Notes: generated by a model not told the origin, from the sequence alone. A DNA stretch of 64,000 nucleotides from Candidatus Bathyarchaeia archaeon (GCA_050010515.1 JBEKKX010000002.1:37176-101175); one strand, 5' to 3'; positions 10,392 through 20,334 are shown, counted from the stretch's first letter. Numbers and translations are program-made.

Positions 10392-11078
10392 ATGGAAGGA
10401 TACGGACCACAACTACCGCAAATACCACAAATCCCACAAATGCCACAGATGCAAGATCCATCACAGCAAGCTCAGCAAGGCGGCTACGCTTGGATTCCAG
10501 GCGCCACTACAGTTGGCGTTGTCTTCTCAGACGGAGTACTCTTAGCTGCTGAAAAAAGAGTAACATACGGTTATTTCATTATGAGTAAAGGCGGAAAAAA
10601 AGTATTCAAAGTAACCGACCGAATCGGCGTTGCATGCGCAGGGCTTGTTGGAGACATGCAAATTCTCGCTAAAGAAATGGAAGCGCAAGCTAATCTTTTC
10701 AGCATGGACACTGGCAGAAAAATCAGCGTGCGCTCAGCAGCAAAACTTATGGCAAACGTCCTCTTCAACCGTCGATACGCACCATTAATTACTCAAACAA
10801 TTGTCGGCGGTTTAGATGAAGAAGGCCCATCGCTTTTCGTGCTTGATGTTTTAGGCTCGCTTATACCTGATAAATACGCAGTAGTGGGTTCAGGCACAGA
10901 AATAGCCATAGGTGTTTTGGAAGAAGGCTACAAAGAAAGCATGAACGCAGAAGAAGCGAAAGAACTCGTGATGCGTTCTATAAAGTCAGCAATAAGCAGA
11001 GATTCAATGAGCGGCGACGGCATTGACTTCCTTATTATAACTAAGGAAGGCGTAACTGAAGAAGCTGTAAAGTTTTAA
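10392..11078 (+). CDS. psmB: proteasome subunit beta
   Basis: GATTVG, AAEKRVT, GSG, SRDSMSGDG motifs; Q/P-rich propeptide. Confidence 0.95.
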   Translation: MEGYGPQLPQIPQIPQMPQMQDPSQQAQQGGYAWIPGATTVGVVFSDGVLLAAEKRVTYGYFIMSKGGKKVFKVTDRIGVACAGLVGDMQILAKEMEAQANLFSMDTGRKISVRSAAKLMANVLFNRRYAPLITQTIVGGLDEEGPSLFVLDVLGSLIPDKYAVVGSGTEIAIGVLEEGYKESMNAEEAKELVMRSIKSAISRDSMSGDGIDFLIITKEGVTEEAVKF

Positions 11079-11158
11079 ACCAATTTTTCTTCAAATTTAT
11101 CTTCAAAGGAAGGATTCAGCGGTGCCTACGCACATGTTAGTAAGGAAAGGGATGCGTT

Positions 11159-11782
11159 ATGTCGTTTGAACTAAGCTTAGAAGAAGGAAAATTCTTAATC
11201 CAACTCGCTCGAAGCGCAGTTAACGAAAAATTGGAGAAAGGCAAAACCATTCAACCTCCAAAAGAGACTCCCAAGAAACTTTTTGAGCAATGCGGCGTAT
11301 TCGTAACTATAAGTAGTCTAAGGAACGGGGAGAAGGAGCTTCGCGGCTGCATAGGTTACCCTTACCCGACAAGTCCGCTTGTTGAGGCAGTGATTGATTC
11401 TGCCATTAATGCTGCAACACAAGACCCACGGTTTTATCCATTAACCTTAAAGGAATTGAGCAAAGTTGTTTTTGAAGTAAGCGTGCTAACGCCTCCAGCG
11501 CCTGTGGAAGTTAAGAATCCAAAGGAGTACTTGAGTAAAATTAAGGTTGGCGAAGACGGCTTAATTGTTGAAAGGGGCTTCTATCGGGGTTTGCTGTTGC
11601 CACAGGTACCTATTGAATGGGGCTGGTGTGAAGAAGAATTTCTTTGCCAATGCTGCGTCAAAGCAGGGCTTTCCCCGGACAGTTGGCTAACAAAAGACGC
11701 TAAAATATACAAGTTTAAAGCCATCATTTTTGAGGAAGAAACGCCGCTGGGCGAAGTTAAACGTGTAAACCTTAGCAAATAG
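11159..11782 (+). CDS. AMMECR1-domain protein (TIGR00296)
   Basis: GVFVT, LRGCIG, DPRF, GLLLPQV. Confidence 0.95.
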   Translation: MSFELSLEEGKFLIQLARSAVNEKLEKGKTIQPPKETPKKLFEQCGVFVTISSLRNGEKELRGCIGYPYPTSPLVEAVIDSAINAATQDPRFYPLTLKELSKVVFEVSVLTPPAPVEVKNPKEYLSKIKVGEDGLIVERGFYRGLLLPQVPIEWGWCEEEFLCQCCVKAGLSPDSWLTKDAKIYKFKAIIFEEETPLGEVKRVNLSK

Positions 11783-11791
11783 CAATCGCCG

Positions 11792-12931
11792 TCAATCTAG
11801 TAGGGTTTCGATGATTGTAACTGCCCTGTCTAACCCTTTAAACTTGTTAGAAAACTCGTTGAGCGCCAACATGTTTCTGTCGAAGGATTCTTGCTCCTTT
11901 TCCATTTTCGCAACCGCCTTTTGTAATTGGCCTTTGTTTTTAACGGTTATTGAGCAGTTTAAGTCTTGAAGTTTTGCAGCGTTGCCCAACTGTTCAGGTT
12001 GTGTTGGAATGCAAATGCTTGGTTTTGAATATTTGATGGTTTCAAAGCATGTTGCATGTCCACCGCTAAAGATTACGAATTTAGCGTTCTTCATACATTC
12101 CTGCCTCTCTTCTGCAGACAGCCATGTGTGAAGTTCGCAGTTTCCAATTTTAGTGGTGACTTTTTTGCCTGGTGTTCCTAAGCTAATGACGCATTTAGTT
12201 TTGAGTTTTTCAAGGACTGGAAGGAGGATTTTCATTATTTTTGCTCTTGTGCCCGGGGGACCGCTTATGGGTGCAAAAATGTGTTCTTGCGAGCCTTTAG
12301 CGTGTGTTGTGTCAACGAAGCTTCCTATGAATTCAACTTTCCCGTTTAATCCCATATTATCCAAGTTTCCAATACTATACTCAGAGATAGTGTACGGTGG
12401 GGGATTATCTGGGATTATTATTTTTGAGCACCGCTTTACATATCTTTCAATCAGTCGTTCGCCTGGATTAAGAAAAGCAGAGAAGCCGTAGCTTGGCCTT
12501 ATCATGTTAGCGATGTAAACTGAGGGAAACCCCCATTTCTGCGCAAGCCTAAGCGCGTTTATGTCACCATCGGCGATAAGAATGTCAGGCGCAATATCAC
12601 GGATGTTTTCTCTAAGGTCATAGTAACGATGTATAGTTTCCATTGTACTGGAATTTTTTATTTCAAACCTGTTTTTTTCGATGTTAAACAGTGGAAGAGG
12701 AAATAAAACGTTGATTAGCGAGGCAGAAGTGATTATGCCATAGGAGTTCTCATACCAAGATACCGGTGTGCATTTGTAAACATTTCTAAATTCTTTCTGC
12801 AGCATCTGGTAAGCTTTGCCGCCTGAGAAAAAGAACAATTCATGACCGTTTTTCTCCAGTTTCTTCCCTAAGGGTATGATACGGGAAACATGGCCTAAGC
12901 CAAGCTCTGAGCAGCTTAACAGCAATCGCAT
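11792..12931 (-). CDS. GT-B glycosyltransferase (family 28/MJ1255-like)
   Basis: GLGHVSR N-terminal motif, SGGHAT, PTQPEQLGNA. Confidence 0.85.
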   Translation of the reverse strand: MRLLLSCSELGLGHVSRIIPLGKKLEKNGHELFFFSGGKAYQMLQKEFRNVYKCTPVSWYENSYGIITSASLINVLFPLPLFNIEKNRFEIKNSSTMETIHRYYDLRENIRDIAPDILIADGDINALRLAQKWGFPSVYIANMIRPSYGFSAFLNPGERLIERYVKRCSKIIIPDNPPPYTISEYSIGNLDNMGLNGKVEFIGSFVDTTHAKGSQEHIFAPISGPPGTRAKIMKILLPVLEKLKTKCVISLGTPGKKVTTKIGNCELHTWLSAEERQECMKNAKFVIFSGGHATCFETIKYSKPSICIPTQPEQLGNAAKLQDLNCSITVKNKGQLQKAVAKMEKEQESFDRNMLALNEFSNKFKGLDRAVTIIETLLD

Positions 12932-13026
12932 ATGAACACAAGATACGTCGGCGATTTATTTTAACTATGCCGTATTCTGCTTGAAAAAAGCAAGCAATTT
13001 AAGGTTTAACCGCAACATTACAAGGT

Positions 13027-13881
13027 ATGTTTGTTCCACGAAAAATTCTGGAAGAGAAGCTAAGGCAAATACTCGCGGAAGACATCGGGCAAGGCGACGT
13101 AACAGCCCAAGCAATTATTCCTTCAAACTTAAAGGTAAAGGCAATAGTTATTGCTAAAGAAGAAGGCATAGCGGCTGGAATAGAAGAAACAATCATTCTC
13201 GCTGAATATTTAGGATTAAAAGTTAAAGCTAAAGTTGTTGACGGGGAAAAAATAAAGAATAAACAAGTATTAATGGAAATTTCAGGAGATGCCCAAACCA
13301 TTCTCTCGGCTGAGAGAACCATGCTAAATCTTCTTTCACGAATGAGCGGCATCGCAACCGCCACACGAACGTTAACAACAAAACTTGAAAAAGCAGGTTC
13401 TAAAGCAAAAATCGCTGCGACACGTAAATCGGCGCCTGGATTGCTTTATTTTGATAAAAAAGCAGTAACCATAGGAAGCGGAGATCCACATAGGCTTCAC
13501 TTGGATGATATGATTTTGATTAAAGACAATCATCTAGTAATAGTCGGAAGCGTTGAGGATGCGGTTAAAAAAGCAAAAGCGAACGCTTCTTTTAGCAAAA
13601 AAATTGAGGTGGAAGTTACAAAAGCTGAGGATGCAATGCAGGCGGCTAAGGCAGGAGCAGATATTATAATGCTTGATAATTTTTCGCCTAAACAGGCTAA
13701 GGATGCAGGCGAAATGTTAAAGAAAGCCGGGTTTGCCAATGTGCTTTTGGAAGTAAGCGGTAAAATTACAGGCAAGAACCTTTTGGAGTACGCGGCAGCG
13801 CAAGTTGACATTATAAGCATAGGAGAGCTGACTCATAGCGTTAAAGCATTAGATATAAGTTTAGAGGTTGAGAGATATTAG
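13027..13881 (+). CDS. nadC: nicotinate-nucleotide diphosphorylase (carboxylating)
   Basis: EDIGQGDVT, SGIAT, TRKS, IKDNH, IEVEV, IMLDNF. Confidence 0.97.
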   Translation: MFVPRKILEEKLRQILAEDIGQGDVTAQAIIPSNLKVKAIVIAKEEGIAAGIEETIILAEYLGLKVKAKVVDGEKIKNKQVLMEISGDAQTILSAERTMLNLLSRMSGIATATRTLTTKLEKAGSKAKIAATRKSAPGLLYFDKKAVTIGSGDPHRLHLDDMILIKDNHLVIVGSVEDAVKKAKANASFSKKIEVEVTKAEDAMQAAKAGADIIMLDNFSPKQAKDAGEMLKKAGFANVLLEVSGKITGKNLLEYAAAQVDIISIGELTHSVKALDISLEVERY

Positions 13882-14412
13882 CCATACTTCTATTATTGCG
13901 CTTACAATAAGTATGGCAGCGCAGATTCCTATTAGTATTGCAGTGTTTTTTAGTTCAAGCCATCGCCGTTGCATTAGTCTGCGGGTCAGCCAAATGCCTT
14001 CTGCTATTGCAGTTGAATAGGCAGTGAATTCTAGCCAGAACACGGGTGTTAACACTAAGCTTAGCAGTTCTATCCATACGGGATAGCCTTGTACGGAAGC
14101 TATAGCCCCAAGTGCAAGGCCAGTATTACCCAGTATTATAAATCCTATTATAGGCCCAATTAAAGGAACAAACATTACCAAACAGATTGAGAAATTATTG
14201 ATGAAAACATATTCTGTTAAGCTGCCATTGGACTTATGCGTATTAAGAGTCGCGTTTAAACCGTTACTTATTGACGTTGCGTCTTGATGGCTAAGAGGTA
14301 TATAGCTTCCGATAACCGTGACTATGAATGCAAGTATGAAAATTATTATGATTGAGTAGATTCTTTTGCGTTTTGATGAAGCATTCGTCCAAAAGGACAA
14401 ATCAAGTTTCAT
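13861..14412 (-). CDS. SpoIIM-like membrane protein
   Basis: VFINN, N-G pattern, WLEF, SAIIE; four TM helices. Confidence 0.7.
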   Translation of the reverse strand: MKLDLSFWTNASSKRKRIYSIIIIFILAFIVTVIGSYIPLSHQDATSISNGLNATLNTHKSNGSLTEYVFINNFSICLVMFVPLIGPIIGFIILGNTGLALGAIASVQGYPVWIELLSLVLTPVFWLEFTAYSTAIAEGIWLTRRLMQRRWLELKNTAILIGICAAILIVSAIIEVWLISLNL

Positions 14413-14423
14413 TGTATGCCTTC

Positions 14424-15116
14424 TTAGTTTGTGAGTTTAATTTTTAAGGTGCGGAATCCTCGTGCACAAGGGTTTAGCGTTTCTAATAATTTAACCTTTG
14501 TTAAAACTCTTTCAACATCAACGGCGTAGCCGCGTACATCATGCTCAGCCGCTATAAGCGAGTGAAGGTACACGCGGTCTTCTTGCACTATTGGTTGACA
14601 CATTAAAGGTAAACCTAGCAAAACAGGCTCTTTTTGGTCTACCGCTTTTTTGCAAGCAAACAGAATTGCTTCTGCACCAGCCGTTAACTCTGCGATACGG
14701 ACAGGAACACTTTCTTTACCAATAGCCAACACGTCCACATCATGGATCCGTTTGATTTCGCCAGCAATTTTCCGTAGTCTAGGCAAAATCTTCAAAATGT
14801 TTTGTCGCCCTGTTCTAGATGTGCGCAAGTTTGAAAGCTCAACTGGTGATAGCTCCTCAATGGAGACTCCGCCAAGCGACAGATCCAAATGCACAACATC
14901 AGCCTTCATTTTATCAAGCAAGCTTCTGCAAAGCTCAGCCTCATGCACTATCACTTCAAAGCCGCTTTCAACTTCTCTAAAAATTGGTTCAGCCAACCTG
15001 AAAGATGGCTCCCTGTACGGTGAATTAACCAACACTGAAACAGATGCGACAAGGTACAGTGGCTTAAACTGCGGGTCTAATATTGCTGCTGCAGAATCCG
15101 CCGATATAACTCTCAA
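14424..15116 (-). CDS. DUF4152 family protein
   Basis: ADSAAAILD, VVHLDLSLGG, AIGKESVPVRIAELTAG. Confidence 0.8.
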   Translation of the reverse strand: MRVISADSAAAILDPQFKPLYLVASVSVLVNSPYREPSFRLAEPIFREVESGFEVIVHEAELCRSLLDKMKADVVHLDLSLGGVSIEELSPVELSNLRTSRTGRQNILKILPRLRKIAGEIKRIHDVDVLAIGKESVPVRIAELTAGAEAILFACKKAVDQKEPVLLGLPLMCQPIVQEDRVYLHSLIAAEHDVRGYAVDVERVLTKVKLLETLNPCARGFRTLKIKLTN

Positions 15117-15155
15117 GTCTTACACCTAACAATAATAGTAGTTAAGCAGAAGAAA

Positions 15156-15797
15156 TTAGGTTTCCTGTTCACAGTTGCCCTTCGATTTTAAGCCTGTGGC
15201 TAAAAGGTACATTTCAGAGCTTTTAGCTCGGCTTGCCTGAGGCTTCACTATCTTAACTGTTTCAAAAAGATTCTTTGCTGTTTGGATAAAATCGTTGAGC
15301 AAGTTACCTTCAAAAACCTTAACAAAAAAGTTCCCTTTGGGCTTAAGTAGGCATTGAGCTATTTCTAATGCTTTAGTTGCTAAGTCAATTTGTCTTGCGT
15401 GGTCAACTTCCCAAACGCCAGTGATGTTTGGTGCAGCATCAGAAATTACTGCGTCCGCTTCGCGAGGCAGAAACGAGCGTATTTCCTCGACTATGCCTGG
15501 CTCAGTGAAGTCTGCAATTATTGTTCGAATGTATTCCTGCGTGAAGGGTTCGATTGGTTTTAAATCAACGCCCAGAACAAAACCGTTTTTTCCAGTCATT
15601 TTTCTTGCTGCTTGAATCCATCCTCCTGGCGCAGCGCCTAAATCCACTACTACGTCGTCTCTTTGTATGAAACCATATTTCGCGTTGGCTTGAACTAGCT
15701 TGTATGTGGCTCTGGAGCGGTAGTTTTCTTCTTTGGCTTTTTTGTAGTAGTATTCCCGTTTTCTATCTTGGATCCAAGCTTTCGGCAAGTGAATCAT
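15156..15797 (-). CDS. rlmE: 23S rRNA Um2552 methyltransferase RlmE/FtsJ
   Basis: YRSRATYKL, DLGAAPGGW, SDAAPNITG, KPQASR..SSEMY. Confidence 0.97.
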   Translation of the reverse strand: MIHLPKAWIQDRKREYYYKKAKEENYRSRATYKLVQANAKYGFIQRDDVVVDLGAAPGGWIQAARKMTGKNGFVLGVDLKPIEPFTQEYIRTIIADFTEPGIVEEIRSFLPREADAVISDAAPNITGVWEVDHARQIDLATKALEIAQCLLKPKGNFFVKVFEGNLLNDFIQTAKNLFETVKIVKPQASRAKSSEMYLLATGLKSKGNCEQET

Positions 15798-16191
15798 CCT
15801 CTTGTGTGCTTGGCGCGCTTGGACCCGCAGTAGTTGTGGCTTCTTTTCCTAAGCCGAGTATCCAATCTGTAAGTTTTGGGCAGCTTTTAGGTGAAAGTGC
15901 AGTTGTTGGGTCACACCTTTCATTGTCTGGGCAGAGTAAGCATGGGCAGTCAACGATGGTTTCTATCGATGCTGGAAGCCTTTTTGGGTAAAGCCTATAT
16001 GTCCATCTGCCTTCTTGCAGTTCTTTTTCTCTGCGGATTAGGCCTTTTTCTTCTAGTTTAATGGAGACACGTGAGCCTTCTCGGCTGCTTGCGCCTAGTT
16101 CACGCCATAAATCGGATTGAAGCACACCTTGATAGCCTGTGTTTACTACATAATGGAGTGCTTTCTGTTCAAGGTCATTACGTTTAGGCAT
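15763..16191 (-). CDS. tfeB: TFE beta subunit (RPC34-like wHTH + Fe-S domain)
   Basis: GVLQSDLWREL wHTH followed by PCLLCPDNERC...SPKSCPKLTDW 4-Cys motif. Confidence 0.8.
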   Translation of the reverse strand: MPKRNDLEQKALHYVVNTGYQGVLQSDLWRELGASSREGSRVSIKLEEKGLIRREKELQEGRWTYRLYPKRLPASIETIVDCPCLLCPDNERCDPTTALSPKSCPKLTDWILGLGKEATTTAGPSAPSTQEDDSLAESLDPR

Positions 16192-16237
16192 CTGATATCA
16201 ATCCAAATAATGCAATTAGAATATAAGCGTTGAATCC

Positions 16238-16276
16238 AGATAAAAATATGTTTCCGTAGCTGTAGCTGTAGATAAT
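16238..16276. repeat. attL-like site
   Basis: AGATAA AAATAT GTTTCC gtag CTGTAGCTGTAGATAAT. Confidence 0.75.
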
Positions 16277-16331
16277 ACATCAATTGACCCAGAATTCATA
16301 AAGCCTTTAACTTTTGAGGGGGGAATAAAGG

Positions 16332-17567
16332 ATGAGTGACTTTACGGAAGCAAATGAAGAGTGGATTCTAAAATTCGAATCTGGAAAAAATTGGATTCCT
16401 AAACTGCCAAGCCGACATACAAAACGCATTTTCATAAGAGCCTTACAGAAATACTGCCAAGCTGTCAAACAAAACCCAGATGAGCTAATCAACCTTAAAA
16501 TCGAAGGCTTGAAAGCTGTAGCAACAGAAAAGGAATTCGGAGCGGAACGACAGCTTGAAACCTACCTTAGAAACTCAGGTATGACTGACAGCGTTAAAGC
16601 TGAATCCAAGAATGCCATTATCAGCTTTTATAAACATAATTGGAGAAACCTTAACCCCAACGTTGCAAGCGATATAGAACCCCCAGAAGCTAAGAAGAGA
16701 ACCCCGACAATAGAGGATATACAAGCCCTCGATGCTAACATGACTACTTCACGGGATAAAGCGTTAGTTTGGTTTTTCCCCTCAACTGCCGTAAGAATTG
16801 AAACTTTAACTAAACTGACTAAAAGAGACCTAAAGCCGACAGGTGACAGCGAAGTTCCCTATTACATGGAAATTGAAAGCGCGAGATTAAAAGGCTCTGG
16901 AATTGGAAAATATAAAGGCATAAAGCAAATAACTTTCGTTCATAAGTTGGCATGGCAGAGATTAGAAGATTATTTTGCAGAAGCTAAACGCAAAGGCTAC
17001 AACTTAACCGATAGTTCGCCGTTGTTTATTGCATACAAAGGGCACTTCAGCAAAGAAGAAAAGAAATTAGCAGTTAAACCTAAAAGAATCCGAGTCATGA
17101 CTCAGGGAGCAATCAATCAAGTGTATGATAATGGGTCACTCTCCGCATGGAAAGATTTGGAACAGAAACGCTTTTCGCCTCATGATTTCAGAGATTTCCT
17201 TGAATCATCCCTTGAAAGTGCGGGAATAGACAAAAATCTCAGAGACCCTATGATGGCGCACAAGGTCAGGGGAGTAGATAAGCACTATTCAAGCCATGAA
17301 ATTTTGGAAATGAAAGATAAATACAAAACCGCATTGCCTTATCTGTTACCTCAATCTGTGGAGAAACTCAAAGCTGAAGCTGACAAAGTGAAAGAGGAAA
17401 ATGAGAAAAGAATTAAATTTCTTGAACAGCGACTTCTTGATAACGGTTTAAGTATCAATAAGATGCTCACAGACTTTAACCAGTTGAAAGCAACTTTTGA
17501 GGAACTGCAAAAACTGAAAGAGGAAGAGGAACGCAACAAACCAGAAAAGAAAAAGGTATGGGATTGA
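16332..17567 (+). CDS. tyrosine recombinase/integrase
   Basis: Catalytic R (TAVRIETL), HxxR (PHDFR), H (MMAH), Y (DKHYSS); C-terminal coiled coil. Confidence 0.92.
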   Translation: MSDFTEANEEWILKFESGKNWIPKLPSRHTKRIFIRALQKYCQAVKQNPDELINLKIEGLKAVATEKEFGAERQLETYLRNSGMTDSVKAESKNAIISFYKHNWRNLNPNVASDIEPPEAKKRTPTIEDIQALDANMTTSRDKALVWFFPSTAVRIETLTKLTKRDLKPTGDSEVPYYMEIESARLKGSGIGKYKGIKQITFVHKLAWQRLEDYFAEAKRKGYNLTDSSPLFIAYKGHFSKEEKKLAVKPKRIRVMTQGAINQVYDNGSLSAWKDLEQKRFSPHDFRDFLESSLESAGIDKNLRDPMMAHKVRGVDKHYSSHEILEMKDKYKTALPYLLPQSVEKLKAEADKVKEENEKRIKFLEQRLLDNGLSINKMLTDFNQLKATFEELQKLKEEEERNKPEKKKVWD

Positions 17568-17744
17568 CTAAACCCCTTTTTCCTCTTTTCTTTCTCTTCT
17601 TTTCTATGTTTTTCGAATTAAACAGTAGCTTAAAAAGCCATAAACCGACAAAAAGTCAAAAACGTACAAGGGTAGTAGGGCATAATCCCAGCCTAAAATT
17701 TTTAATGGAAAATTATTTAAACGACTTATAGCAATGCAACAATC

Positions 17745-17945
17745 ATGATAAGCATTATTGAAAATATGCTTGTAACATTGAGAGATAGAGAACTTGAACT
17801 TGCAACCCAAGAATATGCTAAACGATGCGATAAATTCACAGTTGAAACAAACGGCTTACTTCATCGTCATATTTCAGGCGTTTGCATTGTCCCCCATGTA
17901 GAAGTATCATCGAATAAAATTGCATTACAAGGCAAATACCTCTAA
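17745..17945 (+). CDS. possible small hypothetical protein
   Basis: 66-aa ORF inside the element, no motif; competes with a minus-strand ORF. Confidence 0.25.
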   Translation: MISIIENMLVTLRDRELELATQEYAKRCDKFTVETNGLLHRHISGVCIVPHVEVSSNKIALQGKYL

Positions 17946-18073
17946 ATATGCAGTCATTTATGGGTTAGTTTTATCTTTTCCATATGGCAAATCAGGTTCT
18001 TAATTCTTAATCGAAGCTATACAGATTTAAGATTGAGGGGTGAAGACCATTTAGAGGAATAGATGTAATAAAT

Positions 18074-18295
18074 ATTAACTCAGTTAACTTAAAATGCAGA
18101 GAATGTGGAAAAAACGCGAAATGGATAGTTATAGACCAAAGGTACGGCGTAGACCTCAAAGAAGTCGCCGCCGCCGCAACAAAAGGAGTAATAGCCCCCC
18201 CGTACAACCAATACTTTTACCCTCTTTGTGAAGAACATTTTAACTTCTTAAAAGAAAGTAAACCTTCCATGCATATGGATTATTATTATATTTAG
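18074..18295 (+). CDS. small CxxC...CxxH zinc-finger protein with no canonical start codon
   Basis: Open frame INSVNLKCRECGKNAKW...YPLCEEHFNFLKE...YYI*; no ATG/GTG/TTG before the finger; ATT assumed. Confidence 0.5.
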   Translation: MNSVNLKCRECGKNAKWIVIDQRYGVDLKEVAAAATKGVIAPPYNQYFYPLCEEHFNFLKESKPSMHMDYYYI

Positions 18296-18362
18296 GCTCA
18301 AATCCTAATTAAACAACTGATTAATTAAGCCAAATTGCCAAAAAAAAGAATGTTGTTGGTTG

Positions 18363-18890
18363 CTATTGAACTACAATAGTCACCAAATTACTGCTATACG
18401 TATTTCCATTGGCATCGGTAATAGTGCAATAGCCCTGATAAACTCCATTTCCAGCATTTTCATATAGGTCATTCCCATCTTCAAATTGATAGGTGACTGT
18501 ATTCGTATTAGGAAAATTAGGGTAGGAAGGGTTGAGTTGGCTTGGTGACATGTTATAGACGTTTTCTTGTCCATAACTGTAAGTGCCTGTATGGAATTCT
18601 ATGCTCTGAACAGGAGAAACATCTGATACTTGCAGAGTAAATTGAGCAGTTAAGGCTATTCCATTTCCTTGCGGTATTGTCACCGTTTGAGTGTCAGGTG
18701 TTAACGTAACAGTTGGAGAACTATTAGCGTTTGAATTTCCAGAATTGCCTACGTTATTTGCATTATTTGAATTATGTGATGACCTATCTAAAATTAGCAC
18801 TCCTACCAATGAAACAGCTAATATTACTATTATCACGACTGCCAAAATCATATATTTATTAATTCTTTTAGTTGATAATGGTTGAGCCAA
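18363..18890 (-). CDS. membrane-anchored surface protein with Asn/Ser linker and Ig-like beta domain
   Basis: N-terminal TM, NSNNANNVGNSGNS linker, C-terminal YCTITDANGNTYSSNLVTIVV. Confidence 0.75.
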   Translation of the reverse strand: MAQPLSTKRINKYMILAVVIIVILAVSLVGVLILDRSSHNSNNANNVGNSGNSNANSSPTVTLTPDTQTVTIPQGNGIALTAQFTLQVSDVSPVQSIEFHTGTYSYGQENVYNMSPSQLNPSYPNFPNTNTVTYQFEDGNDLYENAGNGVYQGYCTITDANGNTYSSNLVTIVVQ

Positions 18891-19000
18891 TTGTATAACC
18901 TCTTACCGTATGCACTATGCCTTTCTTTCAGCTTATAAGTTTTGGTTCTGGTAACTTCACGTCATACGGTTTTTTCTGTTAACTGCCGTCTGAGACAGCT

Positions 19001-19330
19001 TCAAACGGTAGGATTTTTAGGTCTGATGTCTGCGCCACATTTAGGACAGAAACTATTATCAGCGTCAATCCGACTGTTGCATTTTGGACATATAGCTAAG
19101 ACTTTTTGGGTAGATTGGGATTGGGGATAAACTATGGTGGGCGCTTGAGCTTGAGGTGGATAATTGTATATGACTTGTTTTGGATGAGGTGATGTAACCA
19201 AACCAACTATAAGCATGATAAATCCAATAAATCCGCAAAGTGCGGCAAATGGAATTAATATTATTGTTAGGAATAGAAAAATGCCAACAAACATTAGAAA
19301 AAGTCCACCAATGATTAGCCCAGCTCTCAA
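19001..19330 (-). CDS. two-TM membrane protein with C-terminal zinc ribbon
   Basis: Hydrophobic hairpin plus CPKC...FCPKCG. Confidence 0.85.
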   Translation of the reverse strand: MRAGLIIGGLFLMFVGIFLFLTIILIPFAALCGFIGFIMLIVGLVTSPHPKQVIYNYPPQAQAPTIVYPQSQSTQKVLAICPKCNSRIDADNSFCPKCGADIRPKNPTV

Positions 19331-19412
19331 ACTGATTCCCTCAGTTTGCTTTATGTGGACATTTTAAATATAAAACTTGTCATGGATATTACTTCTGATT
19401 AAAAAAGAGGGG

Positions 19413-20132
19413 TTAAGGGTTCGGTTGCTGTTGCTGTGGTTCCGTCTTAGCTTTAATAGGTATCACGTAATGCCCTTCTCGTCTTTCATTAACAACGTAT
19501 CTACCATTAAGACCCCTCATTTTCTGACCAATTTCGGCAAATTTGGAAGGGTCAAGCATTCGGTTTGGTTTAGCAATAATCAACTTAGCCTTACTGTCTA
19601 TTGAAATGTCGAGCAGATTCTTAATTTCTTCCAACTGTATGAGCGTAGGCTCGGCTAACTGTTTAAGATTTGCCTCTTCTTCTTTCGCTTGTTTTTCAGC
19701 TTCCACTTTCGCTTTTTCAGTTTCAACCTTCTCTTCTAACGGTTTGTTTTGAGTGTTATAGGCTCGGATTCTCACCACTTCACACGGGTCTTTATTTGGA
19801 AAAGCTGTAGCCATTTCTTCCGCTTCTTCAGATGGTCTGCCGAGAAGAACGTATTGTTTTACGAGTTCATTATGAACATCCTTCTTTTTCTGAGCTTTAA
19901 GCGCGTCTTGTTCTGCTTTCGTCATAGACCATTTTTTATATAACCTATCAAAAATTGCTTGTCCGTCCTTGCCTTGTTTATTCCAGAAAGCTATAAATTC
20001 GTCTTTGTGTTTCTCCATGAACTCTTTAACTAAAAAAGTAGCACTACCATAACCGCTGGGGTCAATTATTGAATCAAAACCTTCCCCTAACTCAGTTTCG
20101 AGAAATGTCGAAATACTGTGATTATTAGCCAT
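19413..20132 (-). CDS. hypothetical coiled-coil protein
   Basis: 239-aa ORF, E/K/A-rich central helix, TATA-like (minus-strand TTTATA) upstream. Confidence 0.75.
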   Translation of the reverse strand: MANNHSISTFLETELGEGFDSIIDPSGYGSATFLVKEFMEKHKDEFIAFWNKQGKDGQAIFDRLYKKWSMTKAEQDALKAQKKKDVHNELVKQYVLLGRPSEEAEEMATAFPNKDPCEVVRIRAYNTQNKPLEEKVETEKAKVEAEKQAKEEEANLKQLAEPTLIQLEEIKNLLDISIDSKAKLIIAKPNRMLDPSKFAEIGQKMRGLNGRYVVNERREGHYVIPIKAKTEPQQQQPNP

Positions 20133-20334
20133 GATTTTTTCACTTCCATTTTACTTATCTGAATACATACGATACACGACCCACATATAAACTTTTGGCA
20201 AGAAACAACATCTTCATTTAAACTTTTCCAAGCCAATTAATCAACTGATTAAATGAAATAGACAGCAAAATGTCAACGCCTCATCCATGCCAAAAAACAC
20301 AGAAATTTAACCAACTGATTAAAAAAAGCCCAAA

